Positions 14,114-27,965 of a DNA stretch of 64,000 nucleotides are shown piece by piece. The DNA lies in assembly GCA_000004695.1 (NCBI GenBank), contig CM000154.2, positions 3,232,001 to 3,296,000 on the forward strand, given 5' to 3'. The translations under genes and the position numbers were made by a program. The notes under the pieces were generated by a model. The model was not told the DNA's origin. It worked only from the letters and a program-made list of their open reading frames with translations, and did no database searches. Each line of letters begins with the position of its first letter. Position 1 is the first letter of the stretch. The stretch comes from Dictyostelium discoideum (lineage: Eukaryota).

Positions 14114-15559
14114 ATGGTCAGAGCCGATAATAATAGTAGTACAATAACAGAAGAAGAATGGGAAAGTTACGATGAAGAAGATTTAAATGAAAATCAACAA
14201 GATGATGATTATTCAAGTGATGAAGATGAATATGACGAGAATGCAATTGTTTTCAATGAAGAAGATTTTGAAGATTTGGAAGACTTAATGAATGAATTTG
14301 AACAAAATAAAAAAGAATTTGAAGAGAACCCAAAATCAATGGAAGAGAATATTAAATCTGCTGATAAGAAATTAAAAGAAACCACTACCAAAACAAATAA
14401 AAAATCAACACATTTGGATTCAAAACAAAAACCACCACAAAAAAAAAAAACTGATGAAAATTTTGATAAAAAACAACAAAAGACCAAAACCCAAGAACAA
14501 ACACACACACAACAAAAAAAACAACAAAAAGTAGAACAACCAATAAAAAAAGAGGAAAAAACAACAAATAAAGATAAAAATAATAATAATAATAAAGATA
14601 AAAAACCACAATCAACAAAGAAACAAACTGAAAATATTGTTAAAAAGGAACAACCAAAACTAGAAAAACCAAATAACAACACTAATAATAATAATAATAA
14701 AGAGCCAGAACAAACTCAACAAGATGAATTTTTTATTAAACCAACTAAAAATATTGATGATTTCTTCCTTAGCAATAAGAATGATGATAAAAAAGATTCT
14801 GATTCAAAATCAACTGAAAAAGTTGAACCAAATTTAAAATTCAACCCAAAACCATACGAAATTGAAAGAAAACCATATATAAAATCAACAATAAATACAA
14901 CCCAAATTCAAAATAATAATAATAATAAAACTTTTAATAATAACAATAATAATAATAATAATAAAACTTTTAGTAGTAGTATTAATAATAATAATAAAAA
15001 TAATAATAATGAAGAAACATTCCATAATAATTATAAAAATAATTATAAATTTAAAGAGAATCGTAATTTTAATGGAAATAGTACAGGTAGAGAATTAACA
15101 GAGAAAGAGAAATTAAATAGATTTAAAAGAATTGCAAGTCATAGTAAAAGTCAAAAGAAAATTGAAGAAAGAATTAATGAAAGTATAGATTCAAAAAAAA
15201 GAAATATGGAATCATTATTTGTTACATCTTTAAATGATGATAAAGCAGTTAGAATGAAAAAGAAACAACGTTTAGGTCAAAGAGCTAGAAAATTATTAGC
15301 TGAGAATATATTTGGTAAAGATGCAAACCATCTTAAAAATTCAAATCCAAATTCAAATTCAAACCCAAATCCAAATCCAAATCCAAATAATAAAAATAAT
15401 AATACAAAAACACCAACAACAACAACACCAACAACAACAAAAACAACAGCAGCACCTGAAAAATCTCATCCATCATGGGAAGCAAAGAAAAAACAAAAAA
15501 TTTCGACAACAATCCAAATTGGTAATAAAAATAATGATATAGTTACTTTTGATGATTAA
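14114..15559 (+). CDS. Lys/Glu/Asn-rich, probably nucleolar protein with a BUD22/SRFBP1-like C-terminus.
   Basis: A single 481-aa ORF. The N-terminus is acidic (SDEDEYDE). The middle carries K-rich and poly-N tracts. The C-terminus reads ...KSHPSWEAKKKQKISTTIQIGNKNNDIVTFDD. This resembles, from memory, the conserved HPSWEAKKK...ITFDD tail of the BUD22/SRFBP1 family. Confidence 0.5.
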   Translation: MVRADNNSSTITEEEWESYDEEDLNENQQDDDYSSDEDEYDENAIVFNEEDFEDLEDLMNEFEQNKKEFEENPKSMEENIKSADKKLKETTTKTNKKSTHLDSKQKPPQKKKTDENFDKKQQKTKTQEQTHTQQKKQQKVEQPIKKEEKTTNKDKNNNNNKDKKPQSTKKQTENIVKKEQPKLEKPNNNTNNNNNKEPEQTQQDEFFIKPTKNIDDFFLSNKNDDKKDSDSKSTEKVEPNLKFNPKPYEIERKPYIKSTINTTQIQNNNNNKTFNNNNNNNNNKTFSSSINNNNKNNNNEETFHNNYKNNYKFKENRNFNGNSTGRELTEKEKLNRFKRIASHSKSQKKIEERINESIDSKKRNMESLFVTSLNDDKAVRMKKKQRLGQRARKLLAENIFGKDANHLKNSNPNSNSNPNPNPNPNNKNNNTKTPTTTTPTTTKTTAAPEKSHPSWEAKKKQKISTTIQIGNKNNDIVTFDD

Positions 15560-15891
15560 TTAATTAAATAATAAAAAAAAAAAAAAAAAAAAAAAAGAAA
15601 GAAAACTTTATTTTAAATTTATTATTTTATTGTTTGATTTTTTATATATATTATTTTATTTTTATTTTTTATAAAATTGGTGAATATAATTTATATTTAT
15701 TTTTATTCTCTTTCCAAATAAAATAAACCAAAACAAAACAAAATACTTTAACAATTGTTAAACCAATATTAATTTCAGAATAGGTAACAAATGTGAAATT
15801 ATTTAAATAAACGAATAAATACTATTTAATAATAAAGAGTAGTAAGAGGGGGGAGGTATTAGTATATATATATTTATTTATAATTTATAAT

Positions 15892-16294
15892 TTATAATAA
15901 AATGTTTATACATACTTCAAGTAAACCTACTACTGCTACAACAACAGAGGATAAACCTAATAATTTTCCATAATTATTATTACCAAATACATCGGATAAA
16001 TAAATGAAATAAAAAGACCATAATGAAACATTTGTAAATGAAGCGAAAATAAATGTACCAAGTTGAACTTGATCGACATTAATTGAAGATAAAACGCCAA
16101 ATACCAGTGCGAATACATTTACCAAGAAGCAATTTATATGTAAACTTGTTTTAACCATCATCCAACCAACTAATGGTATAAAGAATACACCACCACTCCA
16201 CATATAATTGAAAATATCTACATAAATTTGTTCTTTTGTAATTTATTTTTTTTAAAAAAAAACAATAAAAATAAATTAGAATAAATTATTAAAT

Positions 16295-16366
<72 letters not shown>

Positions 16367-17534
16367 TTTAAATTTTATACATACTATCTTCAAACATGTC
16401 ATTAACGACACCCATATAATAAACCAAATGAAGTGAATTAAAACTCATATAAAAACAAAGTAAAAAGAATTCTTTTGAAAATATTTGAGTAAATACTGGT
16501 TGTTCTCTAACATTTGAAAATAAATTTAATGATTCTGGATTAATTTGATTATTTTGAATTGATGAAACTTCTGAATTACCATTACCATTATTATTATTAT
16601 TATCATTATTGCCATTATCATTGTTATTATCTGAAATTGGTATATTATTTAAAATTTTAAAATCATTAATTGGTATAAAAGGTTTATTTCTTAATAATAT
16701 CCAAGTTGGTATGAATAATGGTACTAATAATACCATATAACCCAAGAATATATATGAAACTTCAATTGAATATTTATTTGCAATTACACTAAAAACTTTG
16801 AAAATGATTGAAGAACCTACAAACATACCACTAAATAATGATGTTATACCACTACTTGTTGATGGAAATAAATTACTAATATGTAATAATGATACTTGAC
16901 ATGCTGGACCACCAGTACCAATCAATGCAAATGATAGAATATATAGATTTGCTTCATACAAATATGAACAATACCATAATATACAACCCAAAACTAATAA
17001 TAGAAATGATAAAAAGTTGGTTTTTCTTGGTCCATATCTATCATAAATTGCACCTGTTAAAAATGCTGATCCTGTTGATGTAAATGCACCAATAGTATAT
17101 ACTAAATTTAATCTTGATGCTTGACTTGGACATGGTAACTATAATAATAATAATAATATATGTGATTGTTAATATAAAATTAATAATATTTATTTATTTA
17201 TTTATTTATTAAATATTACCTCTTCACCATCCTTACAAAGATATTTAAAAACATTTTGTTTTTCTAATTCATATTCTAATGCTGGCCAACCAAATACCAT
17301 ACCAGATACTAATAACATTTGAAATGATGCTAAAATCATCGTTATATATCTTGATTTATTTGTATATATTGATAAACTTGCATCATTTGCTTCCTTTTCA
17401 ATTAAAATTCTTTGTTGGTTGTTTGTTGATGAAGTTGATGCTCCATTCTTTATTTTTTTATAACCTCCACTTCCGTTTTCATTATAATTATCTTGATCTA
17501 TATCATAATTACTAACTTTAGTGTAATCTTTCAT
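15892..17534 (-). CDS. MFS-type transporter, SLC43/LAT3-like, with three exons. Exon 1 is about 17220-17534, exon 2 about 16368-17140, exon 3 about 15892-16240.
   Basis: Exon 1 reads MKDYTK...ITMILASFQMLLVSGMVFGWPALEYELEKQNVFKYLCKDGEE and ends at a GTAATA donor. Exon 2 reads LPCPSQASRLNLVYTIGAFTSTGSAFLTGAIYDRYGPRK...GTGGPACQVSLLHISNLFPSTSSGI... and contains a poly-N loop. Exon 3 follows an (ATT)n-containing intron. The protein has multiple hydrophobic helices. Confidence 0.65.
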
Positions 17535-18090
17535 ATTAATTACTTGCTTTATTTTTTGATTTTTTTTTTGATAAAGCTATAATATAGAAAAGTTTCCTTT
17601 TTTTTTTTTTTTTTTTTTTCTTACTCTTTTTTTTTTTTTTTTTTTTTATATGAATAAAAAAATAAAAAAAAATAAAAAAAAAATATTTGTTTTATGTGTT
17701 GTTAAATAAAATTAAAAAATAAAAATAAAAACAGTTCTAATCAGAAGTTTTAAAAAATAAATAAAAAAAAATAAAAAAAATAAAAAAAATTGAAAAATAA
17801 AAAAAAAGATTTTTTTTTTTTTTTTTTTTTTTTTCAAAAAATATCTTTTTTTTTTCCATTTCTTTTTCAGTATTGATTTAAATCGATTAAATTTTATTAT
17901 TCCATTCCATTTCATTTTTTTTTTTTTTTTTTTTGTATATATTTGTGAGTCAAATTTAAAAGGTGAATTTTCCAAAAAAAAAAAAAAAATAAACATTCTA
18001 AAAAAAAAAATAAACATTATGTCATTTATATTTTTAAACTTTTTTTGTTTATTAAATTCTTTTTTTATTTTTTTTTATTTCAAATATTAA

Positions 18091-18307
18091 TTAATTAATT
18101 GACATAAAAGAAGGTAATGGTGGTGAAAAAGTAACCATATTAACAATTGATTTTGGCATTGGAGAAGGTTTTTCAGGTAAAGAATTTATATCTGTTCTTT
18201 TTTCAAAATAAATTACTTCATTTTCTCTTGATAATGCTTGTTGTTCTATTGTTACATCATTTACAATTGAATTTAAAATTGTTGAAATTTTTGTATTTGA
18301 CTATTTA

Positions 18308-18352
<45 letters not shown>

Positions 18353-19070
18353 TATAATAATAAATAAATAAGTATATATTTTTTTTTTTTATTTTAAAAA
18401 GAAAAAACTTACAGGTTTTTTAATTTTTGAAAAATTAACTTGATAAAAATAACCTAAAGCATCAGAAATTTTACCTTGAGCTTTTGAATTTAAAGCCATA
18501 AACATAAGAGTTTTTGAATATTCTATAATGATAATATTGGAAACTATTTGTTTTAAAGATTTTGGTAATTTTTTATATAGAGAATTTTCTAAATCCTTTA
18601 AGAATTGTTTAGTCATTTCAGCTTTTTGCCAAGCTTCACAATGTAATTTTGAAATTATTGATGGTGAAGTCGATTGTTTAACCGCTTTTCTAGCAGTGAT
18701 TGATAATGCAGTCGATAAACAAAGTTCATACATTGCCAATGAGAAACCTTGACGACATTCGGTTGGACGATCTTCGGGTAAATTCATCCAACGTGGTAAT
18801 TCAACACTTGTAATGAAATTGAATATACCCGCAGCTATCTTTAAATGATTAACCATTAATTTTGCATTTTCATCGAAACTACTCTCATTTGAACAATCAT
18901 TAATCTCTGATGCTCTATTATAATGTGCTAATGCATAAACAACCAAACTCATTATCAATTCGAATCTTAATGAAAATCCACTATAAAAACTACTTTTATT
19001 ACCTGTTATACTTGACCATGAAAATGATAATTGTTCATTTAATCTTAATGAATTATTATCTTCAACAGCT

Positions 19071-19132
<62 letters not shown>

Positions 19133-19443
19133 TTAATAAAAGTATATTTATATTTATAATTTTATAATTTTATATTTTTAAAAATCTCTCTCTCTCTCTC
19201 TCTCTTACAAATCATTAAACCATATAAATCTGGTATATATTTTTCACATGCTGTTATTACTGATTGAAAAGAACTCTTTTCAATTATAATTATTAATTCA
19301 TTTCTTGATAATGATGTTTGTGATAAATGTGTAGATGATTGTGGTGTTTGTGTACGTATAATCTTTTCAAATTGTACTCTTTTAGATTGTGGTAATTCAA
19401 AATTAATAAATAAAAATTTTAATGGTTTTTCAACTTGACTCAT
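18091..19443 (-). CDS. Hypothetical protein of about 366 aa, possibly BRO1-domain-like. Three exons: 19209-19443, 18413-19068, 18091-18300.
   Basis: Exon 1 reads MSQVEKPLKF...IPDLYGLMI and ends at GTAAGAGAGAG. The exon 1/2 boundary sits in a (GA)n and (AAT)n intron. Exon 2 reads ...SLVVYALAHYNRASEI...NAKLMVNHLKIAAGIFNFITSV...SLAMYELCLSTALSITARKAVKQS...KKP and ends at GTAAGT. Exon 3 ends ...PPLPSFMSIN*. The LKIAAGxFxFI and SLxMxxLxxAQxxxxxKA patterns are reminiscent of BRO1 domains. That assignment is from memory only. Confidence 0.45.
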
Positions 19444-19907
19444 TATTAATTATTTATTATTATTTATGCACTGTATTATTGTGTTACTACTATTATAATA
19501 TTAAAATAACTATTATATTTCTTTGTTTTTTTTTGTTTTTTATTTTTTTTATTGTTGTAAGGGGGAGGGGTGTTAAAATATTTAATTTAAATAAAAAAGA
19601 AAAAAGTGAAAAAACAAGATTTTTTTTTTAATTTTATTTTTTTTTTTTAATTTCAATTTATTTTTATTTTTATTTTTATTTTCATTTTTTTTTTTTTTTT
19701 TTAAACACAAATATAATCCAAACTTGGATAGTTTTGTTGCTGTGAAGGATATAATCAAAAAAAAGAAAAAAAAAAAAAAAAATGAAGATAAAAAAAAAAT
19801 AATAATTTCAAAAACATTATTTTTGAAATCAATTTTATAAAATATTCATATAAGATTTTAAAAAAAAATAATAAAGATTTAATAAAAAAAAAAAAATAAT
19901 AATAATA

Positions 19908-21164
<1,257 letters not shown>

Positions 21165-21561
21165 TAATATTAATAATTAAATAATAATAAATAATAAAAA
21201 TAATTGAAAAAAAAAAATAAAAAAATAAAAAAATAAAAAAAGTAAAATGGAAAATAAATTTAAAAAAATAAAAAATAAAAAAAAAAATCATCCCAACTCA
21301 TTTATTTGTGATATTTTTTTGTGTTGGAAGATATTTTCGAATAAAGTGTTTTTTTGAAAAAAAAAAAAAATTAATTTTAATTAATATTTATTTTTAATCA
21401 CTCAAATTTCTAATTTTTTTTAACTTTTCGAAAATTAGGTTTTTTTTTTTTTTTTTTCACTTTTCTTTTCTTTTTTTTTTTTTTTTCACAAAAAGTATTC
21501 AAAAGTTTTTATTTTTATTTATTTACAAATAAATAAAAATAAAATAAAAAAAAAAACAACA

Positions 21562-22956
21562 ATGAATGGAAAAATAATAGCTTCTATTGTTTCCTTTATT
21601 ATATTTTTGGCGTTGGGTGGTGGTACACTCTTTGTTTCATTGAAATATTTAAAGCCAAGTGTGAGTAATAAAAGAAATAAAAATAAAAATAAATAAAAAT
21701 AAATAAATAAATAATTAGTATTAATATTTTAAACTTTTATTTTATTTTATTTTTTTTTTTTTATTTTAAATTTTAAATTTTAAATTTTTAATTTTTAGAT
21801 TGATTTAAGTAATGGTATTGAAACTACATCATGTAAAGTAATAAGTACAGAGGATCAAGCAACATGTAATAATCTTAAATGTGTTGACCAAAACACTGAT
21901 ATTTGGTGGTACAATTCATGGGGTCCATCATATTTCTTTGTTTATGTATCTGGTGGTACAGGTAATTCGGATTACTATGATGATGGTGGTGATGATGATG
22001 ATGATGACGATGGTGGTGATGATGACGATGATGATGATGGTGGTGATTCAGGAGATGGTGATTCAGGCGGTGATTCAGGTGGTGGTGACTCTGGTGGTGA
22101 TTCAGGTGGCGGTGATATTGGTGGTGGTGATGAAATGAAAATGAGTAAGAGTAAATTATTAAAGGCTGGTAGTTCATTACCATCATCACTTGGTACCACT
22201 GGTGCCTCTGAATTCAATGGATACGTACCACAAGAAATTAGAGATAAAAGATTAGAAAGAAGATTAAAGGAGAAACAATTATCAAGAGCATTAAAAGCAG
22301 CAACTACCAATGCTGCACCAACATCAGGTAGTAGCTATTACGCCAGCTCAGCATCTGGTTGCAATACATGTTACCAAGGTGTTTTCAACGTTAACTATAA
22401 TATCGGTAATGGTAGTGAAGTAGAATCATCGATTCAAGGTTTAGTATCATCAGATTATAGTTGGGTATCAGATTATGTTGGTAATTATCAAAATGGTTCC
22501 TATTACACTTGTTACTATCAATCTGATGAACCAACAAATGTAGTATGGTTTAAACCTCCAAAATACAGTTCTGGTAGTTTGGCTGGTACTATCATTCTTT
22601 CAATTTTATCCTTTATCGCATTAATTGTATCTGTTCTTTTCTTATTTGCTGGTTGTAAACATCATAGTAGTAACAGCCATCACCACCACAACCATCATAA
22701 CAATAAGAAAAATCATACAAGTGGTGCTTATAAACCAATTGTTAATCCAACACCAATTAGTGCAAAGAAAGGAAATTATCAATCTTATCACAAGAATAAT
22801 GGATCTTATCATGGTGGTTACTCTACATCGGATTCTGCCCCACCACAAAATGTTCCATATTATCAATATAATCAAGGTGTAGCTCAAATCGATTTTAGTG
22901 CAAATCAAAATGGTAGTATAAACTATGTTAATGCTCCACCAAGTTATAGTAGTTAA
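21562..22956 (+). CDS. Putative type-I membrane (glyco)protein. Two exons, 21562-21660 and 21799-22956, with an intron GTGAGT..TTTTTAG.
   Basis: Exon 1 reads MNGKIIASIVSFIIFLALGGGTLFVSLKYLKPS, a signal/anchor sequence. Exon 2 stays in frame with the listed ORF 22135-22956. It contains a Cys-containing segment, a (GGD/DDDD)n acidic repeat, Ser/Thr/Asn-rich sequence, the TM helix LAGTIILSILSFIALIVSVLFLFAG, and a His-rich cytoplasmic tail. Confidence 0.5.
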
Positions 22957-23407
22957 TAATTTTTAAAACCTTATTCAAAAAAAAGAGATTGTATATTTTA
23001 AATAAAATTTTTGAAAAAAAAAAAAAAAAAAAAAAAAAAATCGTTTCCACTTTTTATTATTATTATTTTTTATTTTTTATTTTTTTTGATTCAATTCCAA
23101 GTTTAAAATAAAATATTTGAGATATTAAAAACATTTGAGATTTTTTTTTTTTTTTTTTTTTTCGTTCACCATTGCAGGATTTCGGGCCGCAATCATAATT
23201 ATAAATAAAAAAAATATTTTTAGAAAAAAAAAAAAAAAAAAAAATTAGGAAAAGAAAGAGGTTTGTGGATGATTGAAAAAAAAAAAAAAAAAAAAAAAAT
23301 TTAATTAATTTAAAAAGGTAAATTAAATTCGAATATTTTTCTAGCCATATTCAAAAAAAATTTTTTAAAAAAAATATTAATTTTCAAAAAAAAATAAAAA
23401 AATATTT

Positions 23408-23443
<36 letters not shown>

Positions 23444-23901
23444 CTAAAACCCACCTCTCCAATTTATATGTGTATCCATTTATATATCAAAAGCTCTGAA
23501 TAAGATAATAAATTAGTTGGTATTTGTATTTATTTATTTATTTATTTTTATTATTTTTTTTTTTTAATTTTTTTAATTTTTATTTTTTTTTTTTTTTAAC
23601 CTCTTCAAATTTTTTTTTTCATATTTTAATTATAATAATAACACTTATACCCCTTTCAAAATATAAAAATATAAAAATATAAAAATATAAAAATATAAAA
23701 TTTACCCCACTCACTCATAAATACCTCATAAAAGTTATTCAATTAAAATTTAAAATAATTAATTAATTTAATATTTAGTCACAAAATAAAAACAAAAAAA
23801 AAACAATAAAAACAAAAAAAAAAAATACTAGTTTATAAAAGTTCATTTTAAAAAGTAAAATAATAAAACAATAAAACAACAATAATAATAATAAAAAGGA
23901 A

Positions 23902-24218
23902 ATGATAAATGGAGAACAAACAATGGTTGAAGATGAACTTCCTGACCAAGGTAAACCAATGTCAGATGAATCAGCAGATATTGATATTAAAGATTTAAAA
24001 GTTGGTGAATCTATTGGTAGTGGTGCCTATGGTATAGTATATAGAGGTACATTGTTTAATTCAGATGTAGCAATAAAGAAAATTCAAAATGAAAAAAGTG
24101 AAAAGAATGAATTTATAAAATATTTAAAAAGAGAAGTAGCAGTTTTAAAGTAAGTTAAATTCAATATTATTATTATTATTATTAACCTTTAATAATTTAA
24201 AGTAACATTAATTAATTT

Positions 24219-24262
<44 letters not shown>

Positions 24263-25939
24263 TAGAAATATTCAACATCCAAATATAGTTCAATTTATTG
24301 GAGTTTATTATGAACCATTAGCAAGTCCATCTTTAGTAAATAGATTATTAAATTCAAGTTCAACATGGATTGTAACTGAATATATTGGCGGTGGTAATTT
24401 ACATGAAAGAATTAAAGATACTAAAAAAGATTTTCCAATTGAATTAAGAATTAAATTATCTTTAGATATTGCTTTAGCAAGTATGTTTTGTTTTTTTTTT
24501 TTTTTTTCATATAATATATTCTTTTTTTAAAATATTAATAATAAATTTAATTTTTTTAAAAAATATATAGTGGCATATTTACATAGTAGAGATATTATAT
24601 TTAGAGATTTAAAAAGTAAAAATATTTTAATTGATGATTCATCTTCACCAATTAGAGGAAAAGTTTGTGATTTTGGGTAAGTTTTTAATTTTTATTATTA
24701 TTAAAAAAAAGAATTAATATATATTAATATTTAATAAATTTTTTTTATTTTTTTTTTATTTTTAAAAGTTTTGCAAGAATTTTAAATAAAAAACAACAAG
24801 GTAATAGACATTTATCAATTTGTGGAACAGACTCTATAATGGCACCAGAATTAATATTAGGTATGGAATATGATGAATCAGTGGATATATTTTCATTTGG
24901 TGTAGTATTGTTAGAGATGATATTACGTAAAAAAGTATCGAAAGTTTTAGAGAGAGGACCACAATCAGCCTTTGAAATTGATCAAGATTCAGCACGTCAA
25001 TTAATACCAGATGATATTCCAGTACTTTATTCAGATTTAGCATTGGATTGTATAAAATATCAACCAGAGGAGAGACCAAATTTCTCACATATCATTCATG
25101 TATTGAAACAATTGACTTCATTATTCCCTGTGGTTCATACATTTGATAATCCATTATCACCAACTTCATCACCAATCACTCCACGTAAAAATTCTTTAAA
25201 TTCACCTTTTACAAAATCAATGAGAATGAACTCTTTTGATTTTAACCTATCAAATATAGTTTCTTCAACAAGCGTTCAAAATAATTTAAAAAGTCAAAAT
25301 TTAAATTTTACTTTATTAAATTTAAATCAAATTAATAATCAAGATTTAAATGAAAATAATAATAATAATATAAGTAATAATATAAATAATATAAATAATA
25401 ATAATAATAATTTAAATGATTGTAATAGTAATTTAAGTAGTAGTACAAGTACAATATATAATGATTCACAACAAACAATAATTGATGAAGATGAATTAGA
25501 TAAAGAAGAAGAAGAAAATAGAAATAAAGTTAATAATTTAAAAGAGAAAATGTTATTGGTAATGGGTGAATTTGATATTTATATTAATAAAGTTGGTAAG
25601 GAATTATTATTAGTATCGGAAGAGGATCATATCTCTCAAAAATATGATGAATGTAGAAAAGTTATCGAAATTAAAAAGGTTTTAGGTGAAGTTATTGAAA
25701 GTGATATGAGTAATAGTCAACAATCAAATACTCCAAGAAAAAATTCAAATGTTACAAATTCCCGTGTCGCTTTGTTTTTGAAATCAATGGAACGTTCACT
25801 CAATGAAATTTATTCAAGCTCTGATGTATTAAAACAAAGAATTGTAAAAGAAGATGATTTGGTTGAATCTTTATTATTGGCTAGAGTGGTTTCAAAAATA
25901 AAAAAAATTCATTTATCATCATTGGATATTAATAATTAA
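23902..25939 (+). CDS. Protein kinase (TKL-like, dual-specificity type). Four exons: 23902-24149, 24266-24480, 24571-24676, 24769-25939.
   Basis: The kinase motifs are GSGAYGIVYRG...AIKK (subdomains I-II), HPNIVQFIGVY, HSRDIIFRDLKSKNILI (VIb), CDFGFAR (VII), and GTDSIMAPE (VIII). Three introns with GTAAGT/GTATGT donors interrupt the kinase domain in phase-consistent positions. The long C-terminus is Asn-rich. Confidence 0.75.
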
Positions 25940-26177
25940 TCAATAACAAATAACAAATAATAATAATTTTGCGTATTTTTTTTTTTTTTTTTTCATAAAA
26001 ATATATATATATAAATTAAATATAATTTGATTAATCAAATATATAAAAAGTAAATAGTAAATAATAACAAATTGTACAATAATTAGTAAATAAAAATTAA
26101 TTTTTAAAATTAATTTTCTTTTTTTTTATTTTTTTTTTTTTATTAAAACATAAATCAGTTTACTAATACTTAATGAT

Positions 26178-27305
26178 TTAAGATGAAATATAATTTCTTA
26201 CAATGTTTACAGTATTAGGAATTGAATCAATTATTAGTTGTTGTTTAATATCATATAAATACAACGATTCAACACTATCTGGTAATATACCTGGTGTTAA
26301 TTTTTGATTGAATCCATCAAATAAATGGACATGAGTTACAGTATTAGGAATTGAACCAATTATTAATTCTTTTTTAATATTACCTATATACAACCATTTA
26401 ACGCTATCTGGTAATATACCTGGTGTTAATTTTTGATTGAATCCATCTTCAAAACAGACACTCGTTACAGTATTAGGAATTGAACCAATCATTAATTCTT
26501 GTTTAATATCATATAAATACAACGATTCAACACCATCTGGTAATATACCTGGTGTTAATATTTGATTGAATCCATCTAAGAGCATTACACTTGATGGTAA
26601 TTGATTTTTTTTTAATTTTGATAAAATATCACAATTGTCTTTGAATGCTATACAATCCTTATTATCTCCCCATGAAAGTCTATCTGTATTAATATAAAAT
26701 TTTAAATCATAATCTAAAATTGGTAATTAGAATAATGATTTAAAATTGTCAATGAGAAAAATTTTAAAATTTTTAATATGCATATTAACAAAACTTACAC
26801 TTAATAAATTCATTGTTATTTTTATCGATTTCTATTTTGAATCTATCATTACTTTTATTTAGGGAATAAATTGATTTTAAATTATTTTTAATATCATCAA
26901 TTATTTGATTATTGAAATGAATGATTTGATTATCGTATTCATTTAATTTATTTGAATTATTGATATTATTATTATTATTTAATACTATTAATGATTGTTG
27001 ATATTGTTTAATAATTTTGATTGTATCCCTATCAATAATAAAATCATCTCCATTATCATATATTTGTTGGTCATTAAATTTTAAAATTTCATTTAATTTT
27101 TCAATGGTTGTAATAATTTCATTTTCATTTTCATTTTCATTTTTATTTTCATTTTTATTATTATTATTATTAATTATAGTTGAAAGTATTTGATTATCAT
27201 TATTGATTGAAGAAGTTATAATTGTATTTATTAATGTATTATTTTCAAAGGTTGTTTGTAATTGTTTTTTAATATCTAATTCTATGATTGAAATGATATG
27301 AATTT
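26178..27305 (-). pseudogene. 5'-truncated copy (F0) of the B-box/FNIP family. It has three FNIP double repeats and part of the coiled-coil exon. The B-box region is missing.
   Basis: ORF 26178-26585 holds the FNIP units and ends ...VNIVRNYISS. The upstream coiled-coil exon at 26800-27300 matches paralog sequence (IERIE...[11 protein letters not shown]) but stops matching at about 27305. That is 200 bp from the tRNA-Met pseudo-copy. Confidence 0.5.
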
Positions 27306-27521
27306 TTAAAATTTTTTTTTTAAATTTTTTTTATTTTCACAATAGATTTTAATGCAAAAAACAGTTTTTCTTTTTTATTATACCATGGTTTTAAAATGCT
27401 ATTTATATAAACCAATACAGAAATATAAAAAGATTTAACTTTTTTGTGGGTTGGAAAAATTTATAATAAAAAGCTTTATGCAAAAAAGCTGGCGGACCAA
27501 TTTTTTTCAAAAAATCAACAT

Positions 27522-27572
27522 GTCAGGTTGAGTCGGTTGGGTAGTGCGTAGGTCTCATGATCATAGCCCAAC
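27522..27572 (+). pseudogene. Degenerate 5' half of a tRNA-Met gene (partial duplicate).
   Basis: atcaacatGTCAGGTTGagtcGgttggGtagTGCGTAGGTCTCATgATC... matches the first 50 nt of the intact tRNA-Met 165 bp downstream. The match includes about 12 nt of 5' flank. The fragment lacks the T-arm. Confidence 0.4.
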
Positions 27573-27686
27573 TTTGAAATAACGCGGTTTACAACATTTA
27601 CAAAATCATTCTTAAAAAAAAAGTTGGATAACGCAATTAATTTTTTTAAAACTAATAGTGAAAATTTTTTTTTAAATCATCAACAT

Positions 27687-27759
27687 GTCAGGTTGGCTCA
27701 GTTGGTAGAGCGTAGGTCTCATAATCCTAAGGTCCAGAGTTCGATCCTCTGACTTGACA
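27687..27759 (+). tRNA. Elongator tRNA-Met (anticodon CAT).
   Basis: GTCAGGTTGGCTCAGTTGGTAGAGCGTAGGTCTCATAATCCTAAGGTCCAGAGTTCGATCCTCTGACTTGACA. The acceptor stem GTCAGGT/ACTTGAC contains one G-T pair. The D-arm is GCTCAGTTGGTAGAGC. The anticodon loop is CTCATAA. The T-arm is CAGAGTTCGATCCTCTG. A T-run follows. Confidence 0.8.
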
Positions 27760-27790
27760 TTCATTTTTTGTGAAGAAGTCCCTAAAATCA

Positions 27791-27803
27791 AGGGATCGAC
27801 TCC
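27791..27803 (+). promoter_or_regulatory. Putative external B-box downstream of tRNA-Met, overlapping the TRE3 insertion site.
   Basis: GGGATCGACTCCC lies about 32 nt past the tRNA 3' end. It resembles the B-box consensus GGTTCGAnTCC. Confidence 0.3.
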
Positions 27804-27810
27804 CATTTAA
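27798..27810 (+). repeat. Target-site duplication of the TRE3 element, left copy. The right copy is at 33125-33137.
   Basis: GACTCCCATTTAA matches at 13 of 13 positions at both ends. The left copy directly precedes the 5' UTR. The right copy directly follows the A13 tail. Reconstructed empty site: ...agggatcGACTCCCATTTAActactcgg... Confidence 0.6.
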
Positions 27811-27965
27811 ATTTTTTAACGAAAAACGAAAAAAGAAATAAACGAGAATTTATACATATAATAAATAAATCACTGTTATATCTTCACCGCCACATTCATT
27901 CCTCTTAATTTTACCCTTTTTTTGCTCATTAAAGCAAGGGCTATCGTCCTATATACTTTTCAACA

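Noticed and set aside
14209-14682. Three minus-strand ORFs of 63-157 aa antisense to the K/E-rich gene, and similar antisense poly-L/F/I ORFs at 20012-20353, 41493-41784, 42237-43061 and 47166-48131
   Set aside because: They are homopolymeric translations of the antisense of AAT/GAA/CAA-rich coding DNA. They have no start context and overlap well-supported genes.
22135-22956. Treating 22135-22956 as a stand-alone gene, as the track lists it
   Set aside because: The same frame is open upstream to an AG at 21797-98. A 99-nt signal-peptide exon with a GTGAGT donor lies at 21562-21660. The joined model is more plausible.
23661-23700. Five copies of tataaaaa upstream of the kinase gene, as a regulatory repeat
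   Set aside because: The sequence is low-complexity AT-rich. Such microsatellites are ubiquitous in this genome's intergenic DNA.
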